Assembly (NCBI GenBank): GCA_963726825.1 | Contig: CAVSDT010000002.1 | Coordinates: 613,341 to 677,340, forward strand | From: an uncultured Solirubrobacteraceae bacterium | GTDB taxonomy: Bacteria; Actinomycetota; Thermoleophilia; Solirubrobacterales; Solirubrobacteraceae | Length of the DNA: 64,000 nt | Direction: 5' to 3' | Part shown: positions 17,914-27,400 of the stretch, piece after piece | Position numbering within the stretch: the first letter of the stretch is position 1 | How the letters are laid out: each line of letters starts with the position of its first letter | Program-made: the position numbers and the translations under genes | The notes under the pieces: generated by a model | The model's input: the letters and a program-made list of their open reading frames with translations, nothing else | Database searches by the model: none | Told to the model about the DNA's origin: nothing

Positions 17914-19096
17914 GTGGCGGTGACCTTCGTGGGCTCCCACGCGGGTCAGGGCGGGTCCGAGCGCGTCCTCGAGGACCTGCTCGCGGCGCTCGGCCCGGCC
18001 TGGGTGCAGCGCGTCGTGCTGCTCGCCCACGGGCCCGCCGAGACGCGCCTGCACGCGCTCGGCCTCCCGGTCGAGGTCCTGCCGGCGGGCCGGCGGGCCG
18101 GCCTGCTCACCGCCGCGTGGCGTCTGCGACGCGCGGCTGGCGTCACCGCCGCCCGCCGTCGTGCACGCCAACGGGGTCAAGGCCGCGCTCGTGGCCGGTC
18201 TCGCGCTGGCCGGCACGGGCGTCCCGGTGCTGTGGCACAAGCACGACTTCAGCTGGGACGGCCCCCTCGGCCGGCTGGTGGGCGCGGGCTGCGTGGAGGT
18301 CATCGGCGTCTCCGCCGCGGTCCTCGCGAGCCTGCGGCGGGGGCGCCCGCGCGGGCTCCCGCGCCCGCGGCTGGCCGTGGTGGCCAACGGGGTCCCGGCC
18401 TACAGCGGCGACGCCACCGCCGCCCGCGCCCGCCTCGCGGCCGCGCTGGACCTGCCGGCGGACGCGCCCTGGGTGCTGCTGGCCGGCCGCCTGCACCCGG
18501 CCAAGGGCCAGGCGCAGCTCCTGGCCGCCGCGCCGGCCCTGTGGGCGCGCCGGCCGGACGCCCGGCTGGTGCTCGCCGGCGGCGAGGACCCGGCGCAGGC
18601 GACCTACGCCGCGGCGGTGCGAGCGGCCGCGGCCGCGCTCGGGGACCGCGTCCTGCGGCTCGGCCACCGCGACGACGTGGCGGACCTGATCGCGGCCGCC
18701 GACGTCGTCGTCGTGCCGAGCGTCGCCGACGAGCGCGGGATGGGGGAGGAGGGCTTCGGGCTCGTCGGCGTCGAGGCCCTCGCCGCCGGCACCCCGGTCG
18801 CCGGCTTCGCGAGCGGCGCCCTGCCGGAGGTGCTCGGCGATGCCGCCGTGCTGGTGGCCCCCGGCGACACCGAGGCCCTGGCCGCGGCCGTGGCCGCCCT
18901 GCTGGACGATCCCGTCCGCCGGACGGCGCTGGCCGAGCGGGGCCGCGAGCGCCATCGCCGCCGCTACGAACCCGGGCGCGCGGCGGCCGACATGGCGGCG
19001 CGCTATCGGCTCGCGGCCTCGGGGCGGACGAGCGCGACCGCACAGCCGGCGAGCAGCGCGGCGACGGCGGCAACGACGTTCGAGCGCACCGTGTAG
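17914..19096 (+). pseudogene. Glycosyltransferase family 4 with an apparent +1 frameshift near 18136
   Basis: The N-terminal GT4 segment (VAVTFVGSHAGQGGSERVLEDLL..LTAAWRLRRA) is in the frame of ORF 17866... From 18137 the homology continues in the next frame (LASPPPAVVHANGVKAAL.. = ORF 18161..19096, with GEEGFGLVGVEALAAGTPV). One extra base lies in cgcgcgGctggcg. After 18136 the first frame turns into Arg-rich nonsense. Confidence 0.6.
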
Positions 19097-20343
19097 TCCA
19101 CGAGGCCCTGCACGGCGAGCGCGGTCAACGCGGCGGTCACCGCGAAGCCGAGGGCCCGGTCGCGCGAGGCGGCCGAGCAGGCGCGCGCGCAGACGCGCGC
19201 CAGCGCCACCGCCAGCCACAGCAGCGCGGCCAGGCCGAGCAGCCCGAGCTCGGCGGCGACGGTCAACGGCAGGTCGTGGGCATGGTCGAACGTGAGGCCC
19301 GTCGTCGGGTCGATCAGGCCGTAGCGGGGCGCCACGACCGAGAACTGGTTCTCGCCCACGCCGAACAGCGGGTGGTCGGCGACGATGCGCGGGGTCGTGC
19401 GATACAGCGCCAACCGCTGGTCGCTGACGCTCTGCCCCGAGGAGGAGATGGACGCCACCCGTGCCACCACGGTGTCGACCTGCTGGGTGCGCGCCAGCGG
19501 GTTGGCCCCGGCCGCGGTGACGACGACGAGGACGAGGGCAAGCGGGAGCGCGACGCGGCGGAAGGGGCGCCAACCGAGCAGCACGAGCAGCGCGGCCGCG
19601 GCCGCCAGCAGGCCGCCGCGCGACAGCGACAGGCCGAGCCCCGCCAGCAACGCCAGCAGTCCCACGGCTGCCGCCGGCCGCCGGGCGGCAGGGCCGGTGA
19701 GCGCCAGCGCGACCGCGGCGGGGACGCCGAGGGCCAGGAAGGTGCCGAAGACGTTGGGATCCTCGAAGGCGCCCAGGGCGCGGCCGACGGCGACGTCCGC
19801 CCCCGCTGCGAGCTCCTGCGGCTGTCCGCCCGAGCGCACGAAGGAGATGCCCGTGGTGACCGCGCCGGCCGCGACGAGCAGTCCGAGCAGCCGCCGGATC
19901 GTCGCCGGGCCGGCCTCGTCGGCGACGGCGGCGGCCACGAGGGCGAAGACCACCCACATGGCCAGCACGCGTGCCACCGCCGGGCGCTCGGCGGCGAGCG
20001 CCAAGCCTGGCACGACGGCGGCCAGCAGCAGCGCGACGGGGAGGTCCAGCGGCGTCCGGCGCCGCGGCGGGCGGCCCGCGCCGACGCGGCGCAGCAGCCA
20101 GCCCACCCCGCCGAGCGCGAAGAGGCCCTCCGAGGCGGTCAGCCCCGCGCCCGACACCGGCAGCGCGAAGAACTCCAGCGGGACGCACGCGATCGCGGCG
20201 CCGACGACGACGAGCGGGCGCGTCACGGCGACGAGGCCGGCGGCGGCGACGAGTCCGAGCGCCAGCGGGGCGGCGGGGCCGGCCGTGTAGGCGAGCAGCA
20301 TCGCCGTCGCCGACAGCACCGCCGCCACCGCCGCCAGCGTCAA
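19003..20343 (-). CDS. O-antigen ligase/polymerase-like membrane protein (Wzy_C domain)
   Basis: 446-aa ORF with about 10-12 TM spans and a Wzy_C-like core (LLAGLGLSLSRGGLLAAAAALLVLL). Its 3' end overlaps the convergent GT4 by 94 nt. Confidence 0.8.
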   Translation of the reverse strand: MTLAAVAAVLSATAMLLAYTAGPAAPLALGLVAAAGLVAVTRPLVVVGAAIACVPLEFFALPVSGAGLTASEGLFALGGVGWLLRRVGAGRPPRRRTPLDLPVALLLAAVVPGLALAAERPAVARVLAMWVVFALVAAAVADEAGPATIRRLLGLLVAAGAVTTGISFVRSGGQPQELAAGADVAVGRALGAFEDPNVFGTFLALGVPAAVALALTGPAARRPAAAVGLLALLAGLGLSLSRGGLLAAAAALLVLLGWRPFRRVALPLALVLVVVTAAGANPLARTQQVDTVVARVASISSSGQSVSDQRLALYRTTPRIVADHPLFGVGENQFSVVAPRYGLIDPTTGLTFDHAHDLPLTVAAELGLLGLAALLWLAVALARVCARACSAASRDRALGFAVTAALTALAVQGLVDYTVRSNVVAAVAALLAGCAVALVRPEAASR

Positions 20344-20363
20344 CGGGTGCGCCGCGCGGGCGC

Positions 20364-21881
20364 TCAGCGGCCGGCCTCTCGCCCGCCGGGCGACGGCACG
20401 ACGGCACCCGCGCCGTCGGCGCCGTAGGGCTCGTAGGCAAAGGCGCGCGCGGCCACCCGGTTGAGGACGATCCCGGCGATCGGCGTGCCGGCCCGCCGCA
20501 GCTGCGCGGCGGCCTCCTTCAGCGCCCGCCGCCCCGCGCGATCGAGATCGACGACCACCACCACCGCATCCACCGCGGCCGCGAGGGCGGTGGTGTCGGC
20601 CACCACCGTCACCGGGGCGGAGTCCACCACGACGTGCTCGTAGCGCTCGCCCAGACGATCGAAGACCTCGCCCATGCGGCGCATCCCGAGCAGCGCGGGC
20701 GAGTTCGGGGCCGACGGCCCGGCGGCCAGCAGCCGCACCCCAGGCAGCGACGTGGGCCCGACGAGGTCGAGCGCATCGTTGTGGGACTCCACGAGCAGCG
20801 TGGTCACCCCGCGCGCGCCGGGGGTCCCGATGGCGGTCCCGAGCGCGCGCCGGCGCAGGTCGCAGTCGACGGCCACCACGCTGTTGCCCAGCCGCGCGAA
20901 GGCGGAGGCGAGCTGGCCGACCGCGAAGGTCTTGCCCTCTCCCGGCAGCGCGGAGGTGACGGCGAGCAGCCGATCGCGGCCCCCGGCCTCCGCGCTGAGG
21001 TTCGCGCGCAGCAGGTCGAAGGCCTCGCGCGTGGCCGCCTCGTGGCCCGCCGTCTGCAGCGGGACGCGAGCCAGCACGGGCGCCCCGAGCAGCTCGAGCA
21101 GCTCGCCCTCGTCCCGCAGGCGGTCGTCGAAGCGATCGGCGAACGCCGCGGCCGCCCCGGCGAGGGCGAGGGCCACGAGCAGCCCGAGCGCCAGGAAGAG
21201 CTTCGGCCGCGGCCGTGACGGCGACCCGGGCAGCGTCGCCCGGCTGGCGACGGAGATGTCCGCGCCGCTGAGCGCGAGGCTGCGCTGGGTGGAGACGTAG
21301 GCGTCGCGGGCCGACTGCAGCTCCGTCTCGGCCACCGAACGACGCGCCGCGGCGGCGGGCGAGGCGTCGCGCTGCAGGCGCTGGATGAGCTGGCCGAGGT
21401 TGCCGATGCGCGTGCGCAGCTCGGCGAGCTGACGGCTGCTGGTGGCCGCCGACGCCGTGCGCTGGCCGTCGACGAACGTCGTCGCGTACGCGTCGGCGAG
21501 CGCCTGCGCCCGGCGCGGGCTCGCGTCCGTGGCGCCGATGCGGATCAGCCGCGTCCCGGTGGGGACGGCGACGTCGACCTTCGGCTCAAGCGCCGAGGGC
21601 GCGAGGTCGAAGGGGAGCGCGCGGACGACGGCCTGGGTCACCTCCGGCGTGCGCAGGAGCGCGACGTAGGTGCGTGCGAGCTGCTCGTCGAGCTGCACGG
21701 CGCCCGCCCCCGTGGTGACGGAGCGGTTCTCCCCGACGAACAGCGTCGCCTCCGCGCGGTACTGCTTCGGCAGCGCGAACGTGACGACGGCCGCGATCGC
21801 GAAGGCGGTGAGGGCCACGGCGGCGAAGACGCGCCGCTGGCGGACGACGACGAGATCGAACAGGCGGGGCAGGGGCGGCAC
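20364..21881 (-). CDS. Polysaccharide co-polymerase/tyrosine autokinase (Wzz domain + CpsD/Wzc-like P-loop)
   Basis: 505-aa ORF. It has an N-terminal TM plus Wzz-like region (LPKQYRAEATLFV), Walker A SALPGEGKTF, A' VAVDCDLRRR, B VVVDSAP, and a short C-terminal Tyr pair (AYEPYG). Confidence 0.85.
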   Translation of the reverse strand: MPPLPRLFDLVVVRQRRVFAAVALTAFAIAAVVTFALPKQYRAEATLFVGENRSVTTGAGAVQLDEQLARTYVALLRTPEVTQAVVRALPFDLAPSALEPKVDVAVPTGTRLIRIGATDASPRRAQALADAYATTFVDGQRTASAATSSRQLAELRTRIGNLGQLIQRLQRDASPAAAARRSVAETELQSARDAYVSTQRSLALSGADISVASRATLPGSPSRPRPKLFLALGLLVALALAGAAAAFADRFDDRLRDEGELLELLGAPVLARVPLQTAGHEAATREAFDLLRANLSAEAGGRDRLLAVTSALPGEGKTFAVGQLASAFARLGNSVVAVDCDLRRRALGTAIGTPGARGVTTLLVESHNDALDLVGPTSLPGVRLLAAGPSAPNSPALLGMRRMGEVFDRLGERYEHVVVDSAPVTVVADTTALAAAVDAVVVVVDLDRAGRRALKEAAAQLRRAGTPIAGIVLNRVAARAFAYEPYGADGAGAVVPSPGGREAGR

Positions 21882-21882
21882 G

Positions 21883-23469
21883 CTACTCCGGGACGCGGAA
21901 GGCCGCCTGCACCGTGCGCATGAGGATCTTGGCGTCGAGGGTCAGTGACCAGTGATCGATGTAGTAGATGTCGAGCTCGACGCGCTCCTCGAGCGACGTC
22001 GCACCCCGCAGCCCGCTGACCTGGGCCAGCCCGGTGATCCCGGGGCGCATCCGGTGGCGGTAGGCGTAGCGCTCCAGGCTGTCGCTGAAGAGCGCGGCGT
22101 AGTGCGGACGCTCCGGCCGCGGGCCTACGAGGCTCATGTCGCCCCGGGCGACGTTGACGAGCTGGGGCAGCTCGTCCAGCGACGTGCGTCGAAGCAGCCG
22201 CCCGAGCGCCGTGCGCCGGTCCTCTCCCTCGACGCCGCCCGGGGCGCGGCCGGTGGGCAGGCGCCGCGGGCGGCCGGGCGCGACGGCCGGGGCGGCGTGC
22301 ATGGTGCGGAACTTCAACAGGTCGAACTCCCGGCCGCCGTCACCGAGGCGACGCTGGCGGTAGATCACCGGCCGGCCGCTCGTGAGCACCAGCGCCAGCG
22401 CGACGGCGCCGAGCAGCGGAGCCGCGAGCACCAGTCCGGCGACGCCGGCGAGCCGGTCGAGGCCGTGCTTGAGCAGCAGGCGCGACTCACGGCCGGGATC
22501 GAGGTCGATCGCCAGCAGCGGCAGGCCGCCCACGGGCTCGTAGGTCATGCGGTCGTTGGTGTGCTCGAACAGCCGGGGGACCACGGAGACCTCGACCCCG
22601 AGCTCGTGGCAGGCGTCCATGAGCGGGACCAGCTGACGGTCCGGCCGCTGCACGAAGGCCAGCACGACGTGGCGCGCGCCCGTGGTGCGCACGAGGCGTC
22701 CGAGGTCGCTCGGCAGGCCGACGATGGGCACCGGCCGGCCGCCGACCGTGTCGGCCGCCGGCGGCGACCAGTCCAGGAAGCCGACCGGTCGCAGCCCGTA
22801 CTCGGGGCGGGTGTGCAGCCAGCGGCCGATGCGCGCGCCCACCTCGCCGGCGCCGACGATCAGGGTCGGCCGGCCGGAGAGGCCGCGCAGGCGCAGCTGC
22901 CGCCGTCCGACACGCCCGACGGCGTGGCGGACGCAGAGGGCGAGCACGGCGATGGCCCAGGTCTCCACGAGCGTCGTCTCCCGCAGCCCGTTCCCGGCGA
23001 CGATGCGGCCGACCGCCGCGGAGAGCATCGCGGCGACGGAGATCGCGGCGATCACGGGCCAGAGGTCGTCGAGCACGCCGGCCTTCATCCGCCGCGCGCG
23101 GGTGCGGGCCAGCGCCAGCGTGACGGTGCCGCCCAGCGGGAAGATCACCAGCAGCGTCGCCGCGCCGCGGACGGAGTTGCCGTCGGGGGTCAGCGCCTGG
23201 GCCGCCAGCGCCGCCACACCGAGCAACGCCAGGTCGATGGCACGCGTCACCCACGCCCAGTGCGGGCCGTCCATGGGGCGCACCAGTCGCCCGACCCAGC
23301 CCCACACCGCGCGCTCGGGCGCCGCCTCGGCCGGGACGGCGACGAGTGCCCGGGGCGTGGCCGGTTCGGGGGACTCCTCGGCAGCGGGCAGCGCCCCGAG
23401 CGCGGCCGCAGCAGGGCCGGCAGGATTCCCTTCCCGCATACCGTCCGGCGGCTTCCTTCCGCGCGACAT
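21883..23469 (-). CDS. Polyprenyl-phosphate sugar-phosphate transferase (WbaP/CpsE-type priming glycosyltransferase)
   Basis: 528-aa ORF with TM spans and a Rossmann-like linker. The C-terminal bacterial sugar-transferase domain shows FDLLKFRTM, DELPQLVNVARGDMSLVGPRPERP and PGITGLAQV. Confidence 0.9.
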   Translation of the reverse strand: MSRGRKPPDGMREGNPAGPAAAALGALPAAEESPEPATPRALVAVPAEAAPERAVWGWVGRLVRPMDGPHWAWVTRAIDLALLGVAALAAQALTPDGNSVRGAATLLVIFPLGGTVTLALARTRARRMKAGVLDDLWPVIAAISVAAMLSAAVGRIVAGNGLRETTLVETWAIAVLALCVRHAVGRVGRRQLRLRGLSGRPTLIVGAGEVGARIGRWLHTRPEYGLRPVGFLDWSPPAADTVGGRPVPIVGLPSDLGRLVRTTGARHVVLAFVQRPDRQLVPLMDACHELGVEVSVVPRLFEHTNDRMTYEPVGGLPLLAIDLDPGRESRLLLKHGLDRLAGVAGLVLAAPLLGAVALALVLTSGRPVIYRQRRLGDGGREFDLLKFRTMHAAPAVAPGRPRRLPTGRAPGGVEGEDRRTALGRLLRRTSLDELPQLVNVARGDMSLVGPRPERPHYAALFSDSLERYAYRHRMRPGITGLAQVSGLRGATSLEERVELDIYYIDHWSLTLDAKILMRTVQAAFRVPE

Positions 23470-23591
23470 CCGCAGCCATCATAGGCACGTCTGGTAAGGC
23501 TGGTGACATGTCCGCACGGAAACCGGTGCGGGCGGCGAACGGTCCGGCGAACGCCGGGTGCGGCCGCTCCCTGCGCCCGTAGCCTGCGGCC

Positions 23592-24116
23592 GTGGACCGC
23601 GCGCTGCGCACCGACCGGCTCGAGCTCGTCCCGTGGCAGGCGCCGCACGCCCGCCTGCTCGAGCAGCTGATGGCGCTGCCGGAGATGATGCGCTTCGTCG
23701 GCACGGGCCGGCCGCTCGGGCCCGCCGACGTCGCCGAGCGCGCGAGCTTCGCCGCCGCGCACTGGCTCGCACGCGGGTGGGGATGGCGGGTGCCGGTGCT
23801 GCGAGACGGCGGTACGCCCATCGGCGTGATCGCGGCCAACCGGCTGGGGGAGGGGACCGCGGGCTTCCCGGCCGACGAGCACGAGATCGGGTGGTTCGTC
23901 GCCCCCGCCCACCAGGGCAGGGGGCTGGCCGTCGAGGCGGCCGGTGCCGTCCTGGACGAGCTCCTGGGTCCGGTCGGCGCTCCTTCGGTGATCGCGCGCA
24001 TCCAGCCGGCCAACGCGGCGTCGATCCGGGTCGCGGAGGCCCTGGGGATGACCTTCGAGCGCGCGACGACGGGCCGGCTCGGCGAGCCGATCGTCGTCCA
24101 CCGCCGTCACGCCTGA
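23592..24116 (+). CDS. GNAT family N-acetyltransferase (RimJ/RimL-like)
   Basis: 174-aa ORF with a GTG start. Features are TDRLELVPW, IGWFVAPAHQGRGLAVEAAGAVLD and ASIRVAEALGM. Confidence 0.8.
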   Translation: MDRALRTDRLELVPWQAPHARLLEQLMALPEMMRFVGTGRPLGPADVAERASFAAAHWLARGWGWRVPVLRDGGTPIGVIAANRLGEGTAGFPADEHEIGWFVAPAHQGRGLAVEAAGAVLDELLGPVGAPSVIARIQPANAASIRVAEALGMTFERATTGRLGEPIVVHRRHA

Positions 24117-24285
24117 CCCGGTTCGCTGAGCCGACCACGCCCCGCAGCAGCAGGACGTGGCACGCCCCGCGGACCGCGGCGGTTCGCGAGCGCCCCCACG
24201 CCGCGGACGAGGGGGACGTGGTCGCGCTCGCGACCCGGCCCGCGCGGAGGCGGGACCGGCCCTCGCCCGGCCTAGCCTGCCCCCG

Positions 24286-25062
24286 ATGGCGGTCGACGTC
24301 CCCGCGCTGCTGCAGTGGTACGCGGCCGTCCGGCGGCCGCTGCCGTGGCGCTTCACCGACGACCCGTGGGCGATCCTCGTCTGCGAGGTCATGTGCCAGC
24401 AGACCCAGGCCGAGCGGGTGGTGCCGTTCTGGGAGCGCTGGCTCGCGCGCTTCCCCCGTCCGGAGGACTGCGCCGCCGCCGACCCCGCCGACGTGCTCGC
24501 GCTGTGGAGCGGGCTCGGCTACAACCGCCGCGGGCTCGCGCTGCAGCGTGCGGCCGCCCACGTCGCGGCGCACGGCTGGCCACGCACCGCGGCGCAGCTG
24601 CGGGCGCTGCCGGGGGTCGGGCCCTACACCGCGGCGGCGGTCGCCTCGTTCGCCTTCGGCGAGCCGGTCGCGACCGTCGACACCAACTGGCGCCGCGTCG
24701 TCGACCGCGCGGGCGCCGAGCCGGTCGCCGCGCGCGCGCAGGACCAGGCGACGCTCAACCAGGCGATGATGGAGCTCGGCGCGACGGTCTGCACGGCCCG
24801 GGTGGCCCGCTGCGGCACGTGTCCGCTGCGGACGGGCTGCGACGCGGCGGCCGCCGGCGGACCCGCGATCGCCGCCCGCGCGGCGCGCGGCACCCGCGTC
24901 CGGTTCGAGGACACCGACCGGTTCCTGCGGGGCCGGGTCGTCGCCGCGCTGCTCGCCGGGGACCCGCTGCCGGCCGGCGCCGAACGCGTCGTGGGCGGCC
25001 TCGAGCGCGACGGCCTGGTCGTGCGCGGGACCACTGGGGTCATCGACCTCCCTCGCCGGTAA
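24286..25062 (+). CDS. mutY: HhH-GPD DNA glycosylase, MutY-like (A/G-specific adenine glycosylase), short form
   Basis: The ATG at 24286 lies within ORF 24157..25062. Features are LLQWYAAVRRPLPWR, PWAILVCEVMCQQTQ, LPGVGPYTAAAV, VDTNWRRV, and the 4Fe-4S loop CTARVARCGTCPLRTGC. Confidence 0.8.
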   Translation: MAVDVPALLQWYAAVRRPLPWRFTDDPWAILVCEVMCQQTQAERVVPFWERWLARFPRPEDCAAADPADVLALWSGLGYNRRGLALQRAAAHVAAHGWPRTAAQLRALPGVGPYTAAAVASFAFGEPVATVDTNWRRVVDRAGAEPVAARAQDQATLNQAMMELGATVCTARVARCGTCPLRTGCDAAAAGGPAIAARAARGTRVRFEDTDRFLRGRVVAALLAGDPLPAGAERVVGGLERDGLVVRGTTGVIDLPRR

Positions 25063-25111
25063 CATCAGCCGTTGCACCGACGAAACTCAGACGTGCGGGA
25101 GACCTGAAGAC

Positions 25112-25855
25112 GTGGCCCTGGACCGGCAGTCCATCGAGAAGCGAGACTTTCCCATCGGCCGACGGGGCTATGACCCCGATGCCGTCGATGCCCATCTCGG
25201 CCTGCTGGCCGACGAGGTCGAGTCCCTGAAGCGGAACGCCCGCGGCGGCGCCGCCGGCGTCGCCGGTGCGGCCTCCGAGCAGGTCAGGCTGATCGTCGAG
25301 GCCGCGGAGCAGAGCGCCGGCGACATCGAGCGAGACGCCGACCTCGAGGCGCGGCGCATCCGGCAGGAGGCCCGCGAGGCCGCCGAGAAGGTCCGTGCCG
25401 AGGCCGGTGCGCAGTCGCGCGACCACGTCGCCCGCGTCTCGGAGGCGTCGACCTCGATGCTCGAGCGCATCGACCAGATGGAGGCCGAGCTGCGCTCCAC
25501 GCTCGACACCCTCCGTGCGAGCTCCGCGCGTCTGGCCTCCGACCTGTCCCTGCTCCAGGGCACCGTCGGCGAGCTGCGCAGCGCGAGCTCCACCGGCTTC
25601 GAGCCCGACCTGCCCGCCGCCGTCACGCCCGAGCCCGCCCTCGCGGGCGCCGATCTGGCGGTGGAGGAGGAGGTCGTCGAGGTCTCCGAGACCCCGGCCG
25701 GAGGGGACGCCGACGAGGAGGGCGCCCGGCTCATCGCGCTCAACATGGCCCTCAACGGCACGCCCCGCGGCGAGGTCGAGGCCTACCTCGACGACAACTA
25801 CGACCTGCCCGACGCCGCCGGCCTGCTCGACGACGTCTACGCCCGGGTCGGCTAG
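25112..25855 (+). CDS. DivIVA-domain coiled-coil protein
   Basis: 247-aa ORF with a GTG start preceded by GGGAGA. The N-terminus IEKRDFPIGRRGYDPDAVDAHL is the DivIVA-domain signature. A coiled coil and an acidic tail follow. Confidence 0.85.
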   Translation: MALDRQSIEKRDFPIGRRGYDPDAVDAHLGLLADEVESLKRNARGGAAGVAGAASEQVRLIVEAAEQSAGDIERDADLEARRIRQEAREAAEKVRAEAGAQSRDHVARVSEASTSMLERIDQMEAELRSTLDTLRASSARLASDLSLLQGTVGELRSASSTGFEPDLPAAVTPEPALAGADLAVEEEVVEVSETPAGGDADEEGARLIALNMALNGTPRGEVEAYLDDNYDLPDAAGLLDDVYARVG

Positions 25856-25867
25856 CACCGCGCCTCC

Positions 25868-27394
25868 GTGGCGCTGACCCCCGCCGCGCCGCCCCAGCTG
25901 GAGGCCCTGCGCCTCCGGCTCGCTGAGGTCGCCGACCTCGGCTACGCCGGCGGCCTGCTGTCCTGGGACCAGAACGTCTTCATGCCCGTCGGCGGCTCGG
26001 AGGCCCGCGCCGAGCAGCTCGCGACGCTCGAGGGGCTCATCCACGCCCGGCTCGTCGACCCCGAGCACGCGCGTCTCGTCGAGGCGCTCGAGCCGTGGGC
26101 GGCCGGGCAGGAGCCCGACGACGACGGCGCGGCGCTCGTCCGCGTCGCCCGCCGCGATCTCGAGAAGGCCATCCGCGTCCCCGCGGAGCTCGCGGTCGCG
26201 ATGGCACGCGAGTCCGCACGGGGCTACACGGCCTGGATGCAGGCCCGGGAGGCGTCGGACTTCGCGCGCTTCCGCGACGCGCTCGAGCGCCAGATCGACC
26301 TGCGCCGCCGCTACGCCGCCTGCTTCCCGGACGCCGAGCACCCCTACGACGCGCTCCTGGACGACTTCGAGCCCGGCATGTCGACCGCCGAGGCGAGGGC
26401 GCTCTTCGACGCGCTGCTGCCGCCGCTCGCCGAGCTGGCGAAGGCCGCAGCGGACGAGCCGGGCACCCGGCCGCTGCGCGGTGTGCTGGAGGGCGAGTTC
26501 CCCCTCGATGCCCAGCGCGAGCTGCTGCTGGGCGTCCTCGGCCCGATCGGCTTCGACCCGCACACGTTCCGCCTCGACACCGCGCCGCACCCGTTCGCCC
26601 AGGCGGTCGGCGCCGGGGACGTGCGGCTGACGACCCGCTACGACGTGCATGACCTCGCCTCGTCGCTGTACTCGGGCCTGCACGAGTTCGGGCACGGGCT
26701 CTACGAGGCGGGCTTCGGGCCGAGCCTGCGCCGCAGCCCGCTGCACGACTGCGCCTCGCTCGGCGTGCACGAGTCCCAGAGCCGGCTGTGGGAGAACCTC
26801 GTCGGTCGCGGCCGCCCGTTCGTGGGCTGGCTGCTGCCGCAGCTGCAGGGCGCGTTCCCGGACGCCTTCGCGGACATGGCCGCCGACGACCTGCACCGGG
26901 GCCTCAACGCCGTTCTGCGCACCCCGATCCGCACGGAGTCGGACGAGACGACGTACAACCTCCACGTCGGCCTGCGCTTCGAGCTCGAGCTCGCCCTCAT
27001 CGAGGGGCGCCTCGAGGCGGCCGACCTGCCCGCCGCGTGGAACGAGGCGATGGTGCGCCTCGTCGGGATCGAGCCCGCCGACGACGCCGAGGGCGTGCTG
27101 CAGGACGTCCACTGGTCCCAGGGGCTGTTCGGCTACTTCCCGACCTACACCTTCGGGAACCTGATGGCCGCACAGCTGTGGGAGCAGGTCTCGAGCGACA
27201 TGCCGGACCTCGGCGAGCACCTGGCCCGGGGGGAGTTCGGGCCGTTGCGCGCATGGCTCGGCGAGCACGTGCACCGCCATGGCCGCAAGCTGTCGCCGCG
27301 CGAGCTGCTGCTGCGCGCGACGGGCGAGGAGCTGCGCGTCGAGCCGCTGCTCGCGCACCTGCGCGCCCGGCTCACCGACGCCGGGCTGCTCTAG
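25868..27394 (+). CDS. Carboxypeptidase Taq-type metallopeptidase (M32)
   Basis: 508-aa ORF with motifs HEFGHGLYE, HESQSRLWEN and YFPTYTFGN. Confidence 0.93.
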   Translation: MALTPAAPPQLEALRLRLAEVADLGYAGGLLSWDQNVFMPVGGSEARAEQLATLEGLIHARLVDPEHARLVEALEPWAAGQEPDDDGAALVRVARRDLEKAIRVPAELAVAMARESARGYTAWMQAREASDFARFRDALERQIDLRRRYAACFPDAEHPYDALLDDFEPGMSTAEARALFDALLPPLAELAKAAADEPGTRPLRGVLEGEFPLDAQRELLLGVLGPIGFDPHTFRLDTAPHPFAQAVGAGDVRLTTRYDVHDLASSLYSGLHEFGHGLYEAGFGPSLRRSPLHDCASLGVHESQSRLWENLVGRGRPFVGWLLPQLQGAFPDAFADMAADDLHRGLNAVLRTPIRTESDETTYNLHVGLRFELELALIEGRLEAADLPAAWNEAMVRLVGIEPADDAEGVLQDVHWSQGLFGYFPTYTFGNLMAAQLWEQVSSDMPDLGEHLARGEFGPLRAWLGEHVHRHGRKLSPRELLLRATGEELRVEPLLAHLRARLTDAGLL

Positions 27395-27400
27395 GTGTAG

